A DNA stretch of 64,000 nucleotides from an uncultured delta proteobacterium (GCA_963793865.1 CAWCBP010000001.1:1152001-1216000); one strand, 5' to 3'. Counted from the first letter of the stretch, positions 42,760 to 53,866 are shown. A program made the numbers and translations. The notes: generated from the sequence alone by a model not told the origin.

Positions 42760-43632
42760 ATGCGCCATAAAAATCTCTGCATCAGATTCTGGGGAACACG
42801 GGGATCGGTACCGTCTCCCGGAAGAAGCAAAACCAGGTATGGCGGGAACACCTCCTGCGTGGAGGTGGCCCTCCCCGGCAGCCGGTTAATCATTCTTGAC
42901 GCCGGAACAGGCATCAGGGAACTGGGCAATGACCTCATCAGGAGAACCGGGAAAATCAATGCCACGATTCTGCTCTCCCATTACCACTGGGATCATATAC
43001 AGGGGCTTCCTTTTTTTGCCCCGGCATATCACCGTTCCCACACGCTCACCGTGTGCGGCTGCCGTCACACGCAGTTTCCCCTGGAAAAAATCTTTTCCAG
43101 CCAGATGGAGTCCATACATTTCCCGGTCAAGTCCAGCTCCCTCGCCGCGGACATCAGGTTCAGGCAATTGACTCCCGCTTCTGCGAGCATCGATGATGCC
43201 GACCTCGCGGTCATGCGCGCCAACCACCCGGGCATCACCCTTTCCTTTGCCCTCGGCTTCGAAGGAAGGAAAATTATCTACATGACCGACAATGAGCTGC
43301 TCCCGGCGGCGCGGCTGGCCCGGAGCCATATTCCGTACGACAGGGGGAAGTTTATTCGCTTCATCAAGGGTGCGGATGTGCTCATCCACGATTCACAGTA
43401 CAGCGACCGGGAGTACCGGTCAAAAAAGGGCTGGGGGCACTCTTCCTGGAAGGAAGCTGTCCGGCTCGGCGCGGAAAGCGACGTGCGGCATCTCATCCTC
43501 TTTCACCATGATCCGGATCACGCCGACAGCGTCATTGACGCGCAGGTTGAGGAGTGCCGGGCGATGATCGGAAGACTGGATGTTCCGATGAAGTGTTCCG
43601 CGGCGCAGGAAGGAAAGGAAGTCCGCCTCTGA
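42760..43632 (+). CDS. MBL-fold metallo-hydrolase
   Basis: WGTRGS, YGGNTSC, DAGTG, SHYHWDH, GWGHS, FHHDP. Confidence 0.9.
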   Translation: MRHKNLCIRFWGTRGSVPSPGRSKTRYGGNTSCVEVALPGSRLIILDAGTGIRELGNDLIRRTGKINATILLSHYHWDHIQGLPFFAPAYHRSHTLTVCGCRHTQFPLEKIFSSQMESIHFPVKSSSLAADIRFRQLTPASASIDDADLAVMRANHPGITLSFALGFEGRKIIYMTDNELLPAARLARSHIPYDRGKFIRFIKGADVLIHDSQYSDREYRSKKGWGHSSWKEAVRLGAESDVRHLILFHHDPDHADSVIDAQVEECRAMIGRLDVPMKCSAAQEGKEVRL

Positions 43633-43829
43633 CCCGGGCACCGGCGCCGCAGCCGGCTTTCTCTGTGCCTGGTCCCGGCATTATGTGCTTGACACCGGCT
43701 CTGAAAAACTGATTTAATCAGGCTTGCGTTGAAGAGTGTGGACGGTTAATCTCGCTTCCGGCTGTAAAAGTTTACCCGCACCGATATCCGTGTACGGCAG
43801 ATCCGCTCAAGGGAACGCAGGGCACAATC

Positions 43830-44540
43830 ATGCTCGATACCTTTACCCAGAATCTTGAAAGCGCAATACACACCGCACCGATTATTGCCATATTCATCTC
43901 GCTGGCAGCGGGTATCGTTACCAGCTTTACACCCTGCGTGTATCCCCTCATACCCATCACCGTGGGATTCATCGGTGCCAAAGGATCACCCACCAGAATA
44001 AGAGGCTTTTATCTTTCGCTGATGTACGTGATCGGCCTGGCGCTGGTGTATTCCTGCCTGGGCGCCTTCGCCGCACTCACCGGAAAGTTTTTCGGCCACA
44101 TTCAGTCCAATCCCTGGATGCATTTCGTGGTTGCGAATCTCTGCATCATTTTCGGCCTGGCCATGCTCGACGTTATCACCATTCAATTCACCTGGGACCC
44201 GCTGCACAGCGCCTTCCGGATGGAGCGGAGGGGCGGCATAACCTCCCTGGCCATGGGCGGCGCCTCCGCCCTCATCGCCGCCCCCTGTACGGCGCCGGTA
44301 CTGGGCGTATTGCTTACCTTTGTCGGAACCAAGCAGAATATACCGCTGGGTATAACCATGCTCTTCGCCTACGCCTTCGGCATGGGGTTCCTGCTCATCC
44401 TGATCGGAACCTTCACCGGTCTCCTCACCTCGCTCCCCCGTTCCGGAGAGTGGATGGTCAGAATAAAAAAAGGGTTCGGGGTGATGATGATTGCGGTCGG
44501 GGAATACTTTCTCATCAAGGCTGGTCAATTGATGTTCTGA
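43830..44540 (+). CDS. CcdA/DsbD-type transmembrane thiol-disulfide transporter
   Basis: TPCVYPLIP and APCTAP motifs, about 6 TM. Confidence 0.9.
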   Translation: MLDTFTQNLESAIHTAPIIAIFISLAAGIVTSFTPCVYPLIPITVGFIGAKGSPTRIRGFYLSLMYVIGLALVYSCLGAFAALTGKFFGHIQSNPWMHFVVANLCIIFGLAMLDVITIQFTWDPLHSAFRMERRGGITSLAMGGASALIAAPCTAPVLGVLLTFVGTKQNIPLGITMLFAYAFGMGFLLILIGTFTGLLTSLPRSGEWMVRIKKGFGVMMIAVGEYFLIKAGQLMF

Positions 44541-44550
44541 AGGAGCACGC

Positions 44551-45069
44551 ATGAAACGCACCATATTCAACCGCTGGATGCGCCCTGTAGCGGTGCTGCT
44601 TTTTATGGCAGCCCTGCCCTGCTGCTCGCAGGAGGGGGAAATCTCGCTCCGGGGCAAACCGGCCATCGATTTTACGCTGAGGACCATTGACGGGGAACAG
44701 ATTCAGCTCTCGGCATACCGCGGGAAAAAATTTGTTCACATCATCTTCTGGGCAACCTGGTGTCCGTCCTGCACCATGGAGGTGCCGAAGCTTAAAATGC
44801 TCCATCAGGAAGCAAAAGACAAGCCCTATGAAATTCTGGCAATTGACGTGGGCTACAATGATTCCCTGCCCAGGGTAAGGCAGTTCCAGGAAAAGTACCA
44901 GCTGCCCTATAAAATCATCTTCGATGAATCAGCGGGAATGGCCTCAAAGTATGGTGTTATCGGCATACCGACGCACGTGATTATAAACATGGAGGGAATT
45001 ATCGTAAGCACCTTCAACCAGCTCCCTGAAAACCTTGCAGGATACCTCGCTCAGCTGTTACCCGCCTAG
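44551..45069 (+). CDS. TlpA/ResA-family thioredoxin-like protein
   Basis: FWATWCPSC, YGV.GIPT; exported N-terminus. Confidence 0.9.
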   Translation: MKRTIFNRWMRPVAVLLFMAALPCCSQEGEISLRGKPAIDFTLRTIDGEQIQLSAYRGKKFVHIIFWATWCPSCTMEVPKLKMLHQEAKDKPYEILAIDVGYNDSLPRVRQFQEKYQLPYKIIFDESAGMASKYGVIGIPTHVIINMEGIIVSTFNQLPENLAGYLAQLLPA

Positions 45070-45096
45070 ACGCTCCCCGATGGAGGGCCGTTACCC

Positions 45097-45786
45097 CTAC
45101 CAGGGATGGCTTTTCCTGATCACCCACCGTGCGGGCTTTTTCCTTTTGGCGAAGGGGAAGACCATGAGCAGTCCGCACAGGAACCCCCCGATATGCGCCC
45201 ACCAGGCAACACCGCCCTCCTGACCCGGCGCCGTGAAAGCGCCGCTGAAAAACTGCAGCACAAACCAGAAGGCCAGGAAGAAAAAGGCGGGGATCTGAAC
45301 CACGTCGATAAAAATGAAAAAGAAAATCAGCGTGACCACACGCCCGAAGGGATAGAGGAGCAAATAGGCGCCCATAACGCCGGCAATGGCACCGCTTGCC
45401 CCTACTATGGGGATCCGCGAAGCGGGTGAAATGAAAAGCTGCACCAGCCCGGAGACGGCGCCGCACACGAGATAAAATACAAGATACCTGAAATGGCCCA
45501 TCCGGTCTTCCACGTTGTCGCCGAAAATCCAGAGATAGAGCATGTTGCTGATGACATGCAGCCAGCCCCCGTGCAGAAACATGAAGCTGAAAAGCGGCGC
45601 TATCATGTCGCTTATCATCCGGGCATTAAAAAAACGGGCCGGTATAATGGCGTAGCTGTCAATAAACGAAGCAAGACCGGGGCCCAGCGACAGCTCATAA
45701 AGGAACACCAGGCAATTTACCGCAACCAGCGTTATGTTGACCGCGGGAAATGTTCTGGAGGGAATGGTGTCTTTTAAAGGAATCAT
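45097..45786 (-). CDS. Rhomboid-family intramembrane serine protease
   Basis: FLHGGWLH..SNM, GASGAI, AHIGGF. Confidence 0.95.
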   Translation of the reverse strand: MIPLKDTIPSRTFPAVNITLVAVNCLVFLYELSLGPGLASFIDSYAIIPARFFNARMISDMIAPLFSFMFLHGGWLHVISNMLYLWIFGDNVEDRMGHFRYLVFYLVCGAVSGLVQLFISPASRIPIVGASGAIAGVMGAYLLLYPFGRVVTLIFFFIFIDVVQIPAFFFLAFWFVLQFFSGAFTAPGQEGGVAWWAHIGGFLCGLLMVFPFAKRKKPARWVIRKSHPW

Positions 45787-45863
45787 GCAGGTCCTTTATC
45801 CTGGATACATGGTGCCGGCGTATGCCGCATTTCATGCGGCATCATATACTTATGGTAAAAGGG

Positions 45864-45926
45864 TGGAGGGCCACGCTCCGTCGTGGCCGCATAAAATAAT
45901 CGGAGGCAACGGAGTGCGTCCCTCCA
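45864..45926. repeat. REP-doublet-like element, family R3 (inverted relative to 33081)
   Basis: TGGAGGGCCACGCTCCGTCGTGGCCGC...GGAGGCAACGGAGTGCGTCCCTCCA. Confidence 0.7.
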
Positions 45927-46095
45927 TCCCACCTATGATTGTTATATTTTAAACCCGTCGCGCAAGAATTGCATAGTATCCCAGAAAAGCGGCATGGTCA
46001 ATCGTCATATAACCGATCCATACAAAAACAGCACCTTTGCGCATCGTCACGCCGTATGACACACAAAGGTGCTGTTGCGTAGCCGCATGCCTTGT

Positions 46096-48705
46096 TCAGG
46101 CAACCGTCCCGGCGGCTGCCCTGGAAAAGATCATGTTTTTGGTTTTGGGATCTGCCGTCACCTTTATCCGGTCACCTTCAGCAAATTCCCCTTCCAGGAT
46201 CTTCATGGCCAGCGGGTTCTGAATCATGCGCTGGATGGCCCTCTTCAGGGGACGCGCTCCATACACCGGGTCGAAGCCCTGCTCAATCAGCGCCCCCTTG
46301 GCGGCGGCATCAAGCGTGATGCCCAGCTTTTTATCCGCCAGCCGCCTGTTGAGCAGATCAAGCTGTATCTCAATAATTTTTTCTATCTGGGATCTGCCCA
46401 GGGCGTGGAAGATGATGATCTCGTCGATCCGGTTTAAAAACTCCGGCTTGAAGGTGCCGCGAACCACCTCCATCACCCTCGACTGCATCTCATTATAATC
46501 CTTCTCGCCCAAATCCTGAATCCACTGGCTTCCCAGATTGGAGGTCATGATGATCAGGGTGTTTTTAAAATCCACCGTCCTCCCCTGTCCGTCGGTCAGC
46601 CTCCCGTCATCCAGAATCTGCAGCAGAATGTTGAACACCTCGGGATGCGCCTTCTCCACCTCATCCAGCAGTATCACCGAGTACGGCCTTCTGCGGACGG
46701 CCTCGGTAAGATATCCCCCCTCCTCATATCCGACGTAGCCGGGGGGAGCTCCAATCATGCGGGACACTGAATGCTTCTCCATGAACTCGGACATGTCGAT
46801 GCGCACCATGGCCTGCTCGTCATCGAAGAGGAAAACGGCCAGGGCCCTCGCCAGTTCCGTCTTGCCCACGCCGGTCGGCCCCAGGAATACAAATGAACCA
46901 AGGGGACGGTTGGGGTCCTGCAGCCCCGAGCGGGAACGCCTCACCGCGTCGGCAACGGCCTGGATGGCCTCGTCCTGCCCGACCACCCGCTTTCGTATCC
47001 TGTCTTCCATGGTTATGAGCTTTTCCAGCTCGCCTTCCATCATTTTTGACACGGGAACGCCGGTCCACTTGGCCACCACCTCGGCTATGTCCTCCGCGTC
47101 CACTTCCTCCTTGAGCATTTTCTGATCTTTCTGTATCTCATTGAGCCGGGCGCTTGCCGCTTCCAGCTGCTCATTGAGGCGAATGAGGGTTCCATAGCGG
47201 ATCTGGGCCACCTTTTCCAGGTTCCCCCCTCTCTCGGCCTTTTGTTCCTCCAGGCGGTTCGACTCCATCTGCTCTTTTAATTCCTGTATTTTCTTGATGA
47301 TCTCCTTTTCCCGCTCCCAGTGAAGCTTCATGGTCGAGCTTTCCTCTTTCAATCCCGCCAGTTCCCCCTCCACCTTCTCCAGCCGTTCACGCGACTGAGC
47401 ATCTTTTTCCCGCTTCAATGCCTCCTTCTCAATCTGCAGCTGAATTATTTTCCGCTCCACCGTGTCAATTTCGGCGGGTAGGCTGTCCATTTCAATTCTC
47501 AACTTCGAGGCGGCCTCATCAATCAAATCGATGGCCTTGTCCGGAAGAAAGCGGTCGGTAATGTAGCGGTGCGAAAGCGTTGCCGCCGCAACCGTCGCCG
47601 AGTCCTGAATCTTGACCCCGTGGTGCACTTCATAGCGCTCCTTTAAACCCCTTAAAATTGAAATCGTGTCTTCAACTGAAGGTTCGCCGACCAGCACCGG
47701 CTGAAACCTCCGTTCCAGGGCAGCGTCCTTTTCAATGTGCTTTCTGTACTCATTGAGGGTGGTTGCGCCGACGCACCTGAGTTCGCCCCGTGCCAGGGCC
47801 GGCTTGAGCATGTTGGAGGCATCGATTGCCCCTTCCGCCGCTCCGGCGCCGACGACCGTATGCAGCTCATCGATAAACAGGATGATTTCCCCGCTTTTTT
47901 CCTGTATTTCCTTCAGCACCGCCTTGAGCCGGTCCTCGAACTCTCCACGGTATTTCGTCCCCGCGACCAGGGCACCCATGTCCAGGGCAATGATTTTCCT
48001 GTTGGCGATGCTTTCAGGGATATCTCCGTTTATGACCCGCTGGGCCAGGCCCTCAACAATGGCGGTTTTCCCGACGCCCGGCTCGCCGATGAGCACCGGG
48101 TTGTTCTTTGTCCTGCGCGAGAGCACCTGTATGACCCGGCGGATTTCGTTATCGCGTCCGATCACCGGGTCCAGCTTGCCCTTGCGGGCCTGGTCGGTAA
48201 GATCGCGGCCATACTTTTTGAGCGCTTCATATTTATCTTCGGGGTTGGGGTCGGTGACCCGCTGGTTACCCCTGATGCCGACCAGTGCATTGTAGAGGGC
48301 GTCCTTGGTAACCCCCGAAGATGAAAGTATGTCTGAGGCCTTCCCGCCCTTTTCATCAACCAGGGATATGAGGATGTGCTCCGTGCTGACGTATTCGTCC
48401 TTTAACCGTTCAGCCTCCTTCAAGGACTGGTTGAGCACCCGCTCGCTTCGGGGCGACATATAGATCTGCCCTGCCGATCCGTAGACTTTGGGAAGTTTAT
48501 CCAGGACCTCCTCCAGCTGCCTCAACAGCACCAGTGGATCAACCCCCAGCTTTTTGAGTATGGGAATAACGATCCCGTCCTGCTGCAGGGCCAGGGCGGT
48601 CATCACGTGTTCCGGTTCCATCTGCTGATGCCCGTATTTTTCCGCAACCCGCTGCGACTCCTGGATTGCCTCCTGGGCTTTAACGGTAAATTTGTCAAAT
48701 CTCAT
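46096..48705 (-). CDS. clpB: ATP-dependent chaperone ClpB
   Basis: Two AAA modules ([16 protein letters not shown]), long coiled-coil M domain, YGARPLKR. Confidence 0.98.
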   Translation of the reverse strand: MRFDKFTVKAQEAIQESQRVAEKYGHQQMEPEHVMTALALQQDGIVIPILKKLGVDPLVLLRQLEEVLDKLPKVYGSAGQIYMSPRSERVLNQSLKEAERLKDEYVSTEHILISLVDEKGGKASDILSSSGVTKDALYNALVGIRGNQRVTDPNPEDKYEALKKYGRDLTDQARKGKLDPVIGRDNEIRRVIQVLSRRTKNNPVLIGEPGVGKTAIVEGLAQRVINGDIPESIANRKIIALDMGALVAGTKYRGEFEDRLKAVLKEIQEKSGEIILFIDELHTVVGAGAAEGAIDASNMLKPALARGELRCVGATTLNEYRKHIEKDAALERRFQPVLVGEPSVEDTISILRGLKERYEVHHGVKIQDSATVAAATLSHRYITDRFLPDKAIDLIDEAASKLRIEMDSLPAEIDTVERKIIQLQIEKEALKREKDAQSRERLEKVEGELAGLKEESSTMKLHWEREKEIIKKIQELKEQMESNRLEEQKAERGGNLEKVAQIRYGTLIRLNEQLEAASARLNEIQKDQKMLKEEVDAEDIAEVVAKWTGVPVSKMMEGELEKLITMEDRIRKRVVGQDEAIQAVADAVRRSRSGLQDPNRPLGSFVFLGPTGVGKTELARALAVFLFDDEQAMVRIDMSEFMEKHSVSRMIGAPPGYVGYEEGGYLTEAVRRRPYSVILLDEVEKAHPEVFNILLQILDDGRLTDGQGRTVDFKNTLIIMTSNLGSQWIQDLGEKDYNEMQSRVMEVVRGTFKPEFLNRIDEIIIFHALGRSQIEKIIEIQLDLLNRRLADKKLGITLDAAAKGALIEQGFDPVYGARPLKRAIQRMIQNPLAMKILEGEFAEGDRIKVTADPKTKNMIFSRAAAGTVA

Positions 48706-49001
48706 TGTCTTGTTCCTCTGCAATAGATGTTATGTGTTGAGTGGAACCCAATATTCGTTTTTCAATTCATGCCGGATGAAAGGGCAACGGACATAAAACT
48801 GGTCAAATCATAAACATTTTTTCCCTTCTGTCAACCTCAGCACATGGTATGTTCTGATAAAAAGCGGTTACGCGCAAACATTATTTACTGTTGACTACGC
48901 ATGCGCTCTCCCGTAATATCATCTGCATTGCGCCGCCGGCCGGCAGAAATTCCTCAAAAAGGACCGGGGCCGCTCATTCAGGTGACATCGACAGCATCTT
49001 T

Positions 49002-49484
49002 ATGGCAAGAAAAAAGTCAGCAATCATTTTGATGGTCGTGACATCTTTTTTGGCGCTGCTTGCCGTCGTTGGCATTGAACTTACAAGCGGGCTGTCTCTT
49101 ACCAGGGGATTGCGCAACCTGCCGGTTCAGGAAATCTATGTTATGGCCGATACGGACAAGATCTATCTGAGCATTGACCTTGACCCATCGGCGACCGGCT
49201 TGAAGACAATACGGGTTCCCCTGTCTGAAATAGCCTTTGAGGTCAATCCCGCGCTGACAAAAGATATGGCAATAAGCAGCACGGATGTCTATATCTGGGG
49301 TGACCGCTGGCCCTGGGTGGAAAAGGTAACCATCACCCTCAAAACCGAGCAGCAGAAGGAGGGCTTTTATACCCTGTTTGCGCCGGAAAAATTACCGCAG
49401 CTGCAGGATGATCTTGCAAAGGGCAACGCCGTAGGGGTAACCCATTCCGGCCATCTGACCAGCGGCGGAAGAATTATGGAGTAG
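49002..49484 (+). CDS. Hypothetical membrane-anchored protein
   Basis: Basic N-terminus plus TM, then a soluble domain; ATG 49002. Confidence 0.65.
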   Translation: MARKKSAIILMVVTSFLALLAVVGIELTSGLSLTRGLRNLPVQEIYVMADTDKIYLSIDLDPSATGLKTIRVPLSEIAFEVNPALTKDMAISSTDVYIWGDRWPWVEKVTITLKTEQQKEGFYTLFAPEKLPQLQDDLAKGNAVGVTHSGHLTSGGRIME

Positions 49485-49533
49485 TTCGCACCAATGGCGT
49501 TGCTGCTGGAATGGTCTTTGGCCGGCATTATGC

Positions 49534-49630
49534 GGAGGTGGATAGGTTCTGGTGGGCCTCCTGGACTTCAAATCCAGTGTGGGGTGTGAAGAGCGTCCCT
49601 GGTGGGTTCGATTCCCATGCACCTCCGCCA
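49534..49630 (+). tRNA. selC: tRNA-Sec (TCA)
   Basis: 97 nt; CTGGACTTCAAATCCAG anticodon arm (UCA); long variable arm; GGAGGTG/CACCTCC acceptor; GCCA end. Confidence 0.95.
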
Positions 49631-49692
49631 TTGATTTTAGCAGCGCACATAATCGAGACTATGATGCCATCCGCAAAAGGGGCGGGACAGGT

Positions 49693-52083
49693 ATGAAGCA
49701 TAACATCAGCGGCATTTCGATAACCATTCTGTGCCTGCTCATATGCCTCAACGGATATACAGCATATGCATTAAACCCGGCGCACCCTGGAAAGCAGCCG
49801 GCAGAGGAGAAAAAAAATACCCCGCACACTGACCTGCACAATCTTAAACGGCTTAAGCCCTTTTCGGTAAACGGTACCATCTTCACAGCCCATCATGCGT
49901 TTCCCGCCGATACTATTTCAACCTCTGCGCCCACGTATAAAGAAGGCGAGGTCCTGGTAAAATTCAAGAAAGGGGTGGACCGGGCGTATGCGTCACGCAC
50001 AGCGGCAGTGCAGGGAATGTCAGTTATGAAAGAATTTAAGCTGCTATCAGAACGGAAAGGACAGGCATATGCTCTGTTAAAATCCGACAAGCTGAAGGCG
50101 CAGGAGATGGTGCAGAAGCTCGAGAATGACCCTGCCGTGGACGCAGTCAGTCTAAACTATGAGAGAAAATTTTTAACAGTACCCAATGACCCCTTTTTCA
50201 ACCATCTGTGGGGGTTGAACAATACCGGTCAGGATGTTCCTGATTATGGCACAGGCACGCCTGATGCCGATATTGACAGCCCTGAGGCCTGGGACATCGA
50301 AACCGGCTCTCCGGAAGTGGTGGTGGCAAGTATTGACAGCGGTGTCGATTATGCGCACGAGGATCTCGCCGAAAACATGTGGACCAATTCAGGAGAGATT
50401 GCCGGGGATACCATAGATAACGACGGCAATGGATACGTCGATGATATATATGGTATCGATGCGGGTGATGATGATTCCGACCCCATGGATACTGATGGCC
50501 ATGGGACCCACACCGCGGGGACCATGGCAGCAGCGGGCAATAACGCTTTAGGGGTTACCGGTGTCAACTGGTCGACAAAAATCATGGCCTTAAAGTTCTT
50601 CGCAGCAGATGGTTCTGCGTATGACGATGCGGCCATCGCCTGCATAGAATATGTAATCCATCAGAAGCTCTTCCATAATGTAAACGTGGCGGCAATCAAT
50701 GCCTCCTGGGGCGGTCCCGGTTACAGCCAGACATTAAAGGATGCCATTGAAGATGCGGGCAATGCCGGGATTCTCTTCTGTGCCGCAGCCGGGAACGACG
50801 GTGATGATAACGAATTGCTCCCCACTTATCCCGCATCGTTTGACCTTCCAACTATTATCACGGTTGCCGCATCAGACCATAACGATCAGCTGACTTCCTG
50901 GTCTAACTATGGTGCGACAACTGTAGACCTGGCAGCACCAGGGGACTCCATTTTGAGCACCTATCCGGGATGCGCCCCGGATGATCCTGTTTTCTTTGAT
51001 GACATGGAGTCAGGTTCTGGCAACTGGACAACCGGTGGCACGAACAACACCTGGGCTCTCTCCACCGAAACATCCTACAGCCCCATCAGCGCCTGGAGCG
51101 ACAGCCCCGGCGGCAATTATACCATTAATACAGATTCACGGCTTGAACTCGGCCGTGATGTCGATCTGTCGGTTTACTCCGGCAATGCGACATTTTATTT
51201 TTACGGGGCATTCTTCCTGGAAGAAGACTATGATTTTCTTTTTGTTGACATCTCAGCCGACAGCGGCGGCAGCTGGGTACCGTATGGATATCTGACCGGC
51301 AACATGGGAGGCTGGTATTTCCTTTCCGGTAATGTTCCAGACGAATTTATGACCCCTCATTTCAGGTTGCGCTTCCGGCTGGAAACCGATTACCTGCTCA
51401 ACTATGACGGCGTGTACATTGACGATGTGGGTATCTCTACCTGTCAGCAGTCCAACAACTACACGTATTTACAGGGAACATCCATGGCCACACCCCTCGT
51501 GACCGGGGCATGTGCGCTGGTAGCCGCGCAGTACCCGGATGATTCTGCCGGGGACAGAAAAAACAGGATCCTGAACGCCGTCGACCAGAAACCGGCGCTG
51601 ACAGGAAAGGTGCTGACGGGCGGCAGGCTCAATCTGTATAATGCATTTTCCATTGATGCTTGTCCCGACGATCCTGACAAAACCGACCCCGGCGTCTGTG
51701 GCTGCGGCATCGCAGATTCAGACAGTGATGCTGACGGATTTCCGGATTGTATAGATAATTGTTCTGCCATTGAAAATGTCGATCAACAGGACTCCTACCC
51801 CTATCCACAGGGCAACAATTGCGGGGATGCCTGTGAATGTGAGGGAAATTTTGACGGGGATGCTGATCAGGACGGCACAGATGCCTTTACCTTCAAAAAT
51901 GATTTCGGAAGAAGCATATTACAAAACCCGTGTATAACCATAACACCCTGTAATGGAGACTTTAGCTGCGATGGTGATTGCGACGGGTCCGATGCCTTTA
52001 CCTTCAAACAGGATTTCGGAAGAAGTACTATTGCGAATCCCTGCCCCGATTGCGTGACAGCACCGTGGTGCGCGTATCCTTAA
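49693..52083 (+). CDS. Secreted S8 subtilisin-like serine protease with an inserted beta domain, TSP3-like repeats and C-terminal dockerin-like module (type A)
   Basis: Triad IDSGVD / HGTHTAG / GTSMATP; AAAGN oxyanion; FFDDMESG...GVYIDDV insert; CEGNFDGDADQDGTDAFTFKNDFGR tail. Confidence 0.93.
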   Translation: MKHNISGISITILCLLICLNGYTAYALNPAHPGKQPAEEKKNTPHTDLHNLKRLKPFSVNGTIFTAHHAFPADTISTSAPTYKEGEVLVKFKKGVDRAYASRTAAVQGMSVMKEFKLLSERKGQAYALLKSDKLKAQEMVQKLENDPAVDAVSLNYERKFLTVPNDPFFNHLWGLNNTGQDVPDYGTGTPDADIDSPEAWDIETGSPEVVVASIDSGVDYAHEDLAENMWTNSGEIAGDTIDNDGNGYVDDIYGIDAGDDDSDPMDTDGHGTHTAGTMAAAGNNALGVTGVNWSTKIMALKFFAADGSAYDDAAIACIEYVIHQKLFHNVNVAAINASWGGPGYSQTLKDAIEDAGNAGILFCAAAGNDGDDNELLPTYPASFDLPTIITVAASDHNDQLTSWSNYGATTVDLAAPGDSILSTYPGCAPDDPVFFDDMESGSGNWTTGGTNNTWALSTETSYSPISAWSDSPGGNYTINTDSRLELGRDVDLSVYSGNATFYFYGAFFLEEDYDFLFVDISADSGGSWVPYGYLTGNMGGWYFLSGNVPDEFMTPHFRLRFRLETDYLLNYDGVYIDDVGISTCQQSNNYTYLQGTSMATPLVTGACALVAAQYPDDSAGDRKNRILNAVDQKPALTGKVLTGGRLNLYNAFSIDACPDDPDKTDPGVCGCGIADSDSDADGFPDCIDNCSAIENVDQQDSYPYPQGNNCGDACECEGNFDGDADQDGTDAFTFKNDFGRSILQNPCITITPCNGDFSCDGDCDGSDAFTFKQDFGRSTIANPCPDCVTAPWCAYP

Positions 52084-52251
52084 TGTTACTGTGCCTGAAT
52101 TGTGCCCGCCATGACTAAATCCGCCCCCATATAAGCCAACCCCAGCTCACATACGTTTACAAGCTAATACATTGACAGAATTGTATTTTTCAGTTAAATA
52201 CCATCAATAGTTCATAGTGCAAAAATCATCTGTTGCGAACCTCAACGACCT

Positions 52252-52303
52252 TGTGGGTGTAAAGAGTGTCCCTGGCGGGTTTAATGCTCGTGTATCTCCG
52301 CCA
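52252..52303 (+). repeat. Degenerate direct repeat of the selC 3' half (att-like remnant)
   Basis: Aligns to 49578-49630 at 42 of 53 positions by hand count, ending CTCCGCCA. Confidence 0.8.
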
Positions 52304-52387
52304 ATGTTTTTTCTATTTTTTCTATTTTACGGAAGGTCCCGCAATTTTTAAAAGAATGTACCTGTCATACAACCAAGGAGGAACATA

Positions 52388-52957
52388 ATGAAAAAAAGAT
52401 CCATATCTTTTGCGCTGCTGCTGGTCCTTACCTGGGCGGTGTCTTCCGCTTCAGGCATTGAATATGCCGTTGACCAGCTCGAGAAAAATAATCCCGGAGG
52501 CAGCACGGCCAGCCTGAAAACCTTTGACAAGAAGGGCATTAAAGATACCGGCAAAGAGCTGACGGTCGATATCTGGCTTAAAGACGTCCCCGAGGAATTA
52601 ATCTCCGCCGGCTTCTGGCTCTCGTATGACCCCGACAAGGTGAGTATCGTCAAGGTCGAGATGTATGACGGCAAAACAGTGCCTGGTCCCTGGGACAGTG
52701 AAATGACCCGATATCATACCAATCCTAATGGGCCTGGCACGTACTCGGCATTTACCTGCAATCTGGGCTGTGTCAAGCCTGATAAGAAGGGTGATGTGAT
52801 TGTCGGCAGGGTTCAATTAAAGTGTGCGGACAAGTGCACCAAGCCCATTGAAATCAAATCCATTGCCGCTTCCATTAAAGATTTTGACTCTGTGGTGGGA
52901 TGTAACGGGAAGCTGTACGATGCTGCAGCCAAGCCGGCTACTTTTACCATCCATTAA
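52388..52957 (+). CDS. Secreted single-domain cohesin-like protein
   Basis: SD AAGGAGG; signal peptide; TVDIWL...LISAGFWLSYDPDKVSIV; homologous to the N-domain of 24591-26513. Confidence 0.75.
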   Translation: MKKRSISFALLLVLTWAVSSASGIEYAVDQLEKNNPGGSTASLKTFDKKGIKDTGKELTVDIWLKDVPEELISAGFWLSYDPDKVSIVKVEMYDGKTVPGPWDSEMTRYHTNPNGPGTYSAFTCNLGCVKPDKKGDVIVGRVQLKCADKCTKPIEIKSIAASIKDFDSVVGCNGKLYDAAAKPATFTIH

Positions 52958-53068
52958 TCGTGGGTGAATGTTCGGGCTGCTGAGCGCAGTGGACGCGACC
53001 GTGAGGCCGGTTGGTTTTGCCGGAAATCTCGGCGGCTGACACGAAGCGGCACTCAATGTGACGTTTAG

Positions 53069-53221
53069 TAGGTTGTTGAAAAGGTAGTTTTCCGCAGGCT
53101 GTTCAAAAACATCCAGATGCAAGGCACGCGAAATGCTGAGGAATGAGGCGTACTTTCAGGTACGTCGCAATGACGAAGGATGAGCGTGTAACGCAGGGGA
53201 TGGGTGTTTTTCAACAGCCTG
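53069..53221. mobile_element. MITE with IS5-like terminal inverted repeats, copy 2
   Basis: TAGGTTGTTGAAAA / TTTTTCAACAGCCTG ends with an exact TTAG duplication at 53065-53068 and 53222-53225. Confidence 0.8.
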
Positions 53222-53404
53222 TTAGTATTCCCTGACGTGCACGACCATGAGCGAATCATTCCCGGGGACCCTCACGCCTACTGAACGGTATATTGCCGGC
53301 CTGCGGACAGGCTGACCGGACTTGCCGGGCCCATCATTTGTTTTGAATCCAATGGTACTTTCCGGTTTATGGCCGTTCATCTCTACAGCTGTTTTCCTTT
53401 GCAT
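53222..53404 (-). CDS. Possible small protein (60 aa)
   Basis: AGGAG SD upstream of ATG 53404; no family recognised. Confidence 0.35.
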   Translation of the reverse strand: MQRKTAVEMNGHKPESTIGFKTNDGPGKSGQPVRRPAIYRSVGVRVPGNDSLMVVHVREY

Positions 53405-53866
53405 TATAACTCTCCTGGAAATAATAGATTGAATGAAAGAAAGGATTGGACCGGGTGCATCAGGGCATTGCTTTAAACCGCGATACTTTTTTCTGCAATT
53501 TTCTGCATAAATCATACCGTTTTGGCAGAGCCTCGTAAGGCGCTGAAATGTGCGGCCAGGCAGCATACAATGACAATTATCGCGGGTTTACAACAAAAAA
53601 TTGTCACTCATATGGCTTGAGGGGAGGTGCTTACGGCAGGACCGGATGCAGGTATCAGGGCAATTGCGCCACTGTAACGGACAATGCCGGAGGCGCAGAT
53701 TGCTTAACCGTATGGCGGGAAGGCCAAACCGGCAATCAGGGTTTTTTCTTTTTAATTTTTCGCAGTTTTGGCACAAACTGCAATATGCTCCGCTTATCCT
53801 CCTGAAAAAAGGTTTTTGTACCCACAGGTTTCAATGTGCTCTTTTTGCTCATCAGTGCTGATCTCT

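Noticed and set aside
49552..49692. N-terminal extension of the S8 ORF in the supplied track
   Set aside because: Overlaps selC; ATG 49693 is followed by a proper signal peptide
53620..53745. Cobalamin riboswitch-like fragments (GCGCCACTGTAA, GGGAAGGC, TCAGG) on the plus strand
   Set aside because: Lacks AGGGAA...GGTG..AATCC, the second CCACTG and AGACC; no plus-strand gene directly downstream. A cmscan against RF00174 would settle it
53770..53783. Sigma54-like TGGCAC...TGC (similar at about 40424 and 56797)
   Set aside because: GG-to-GC spacing is 8, not 10
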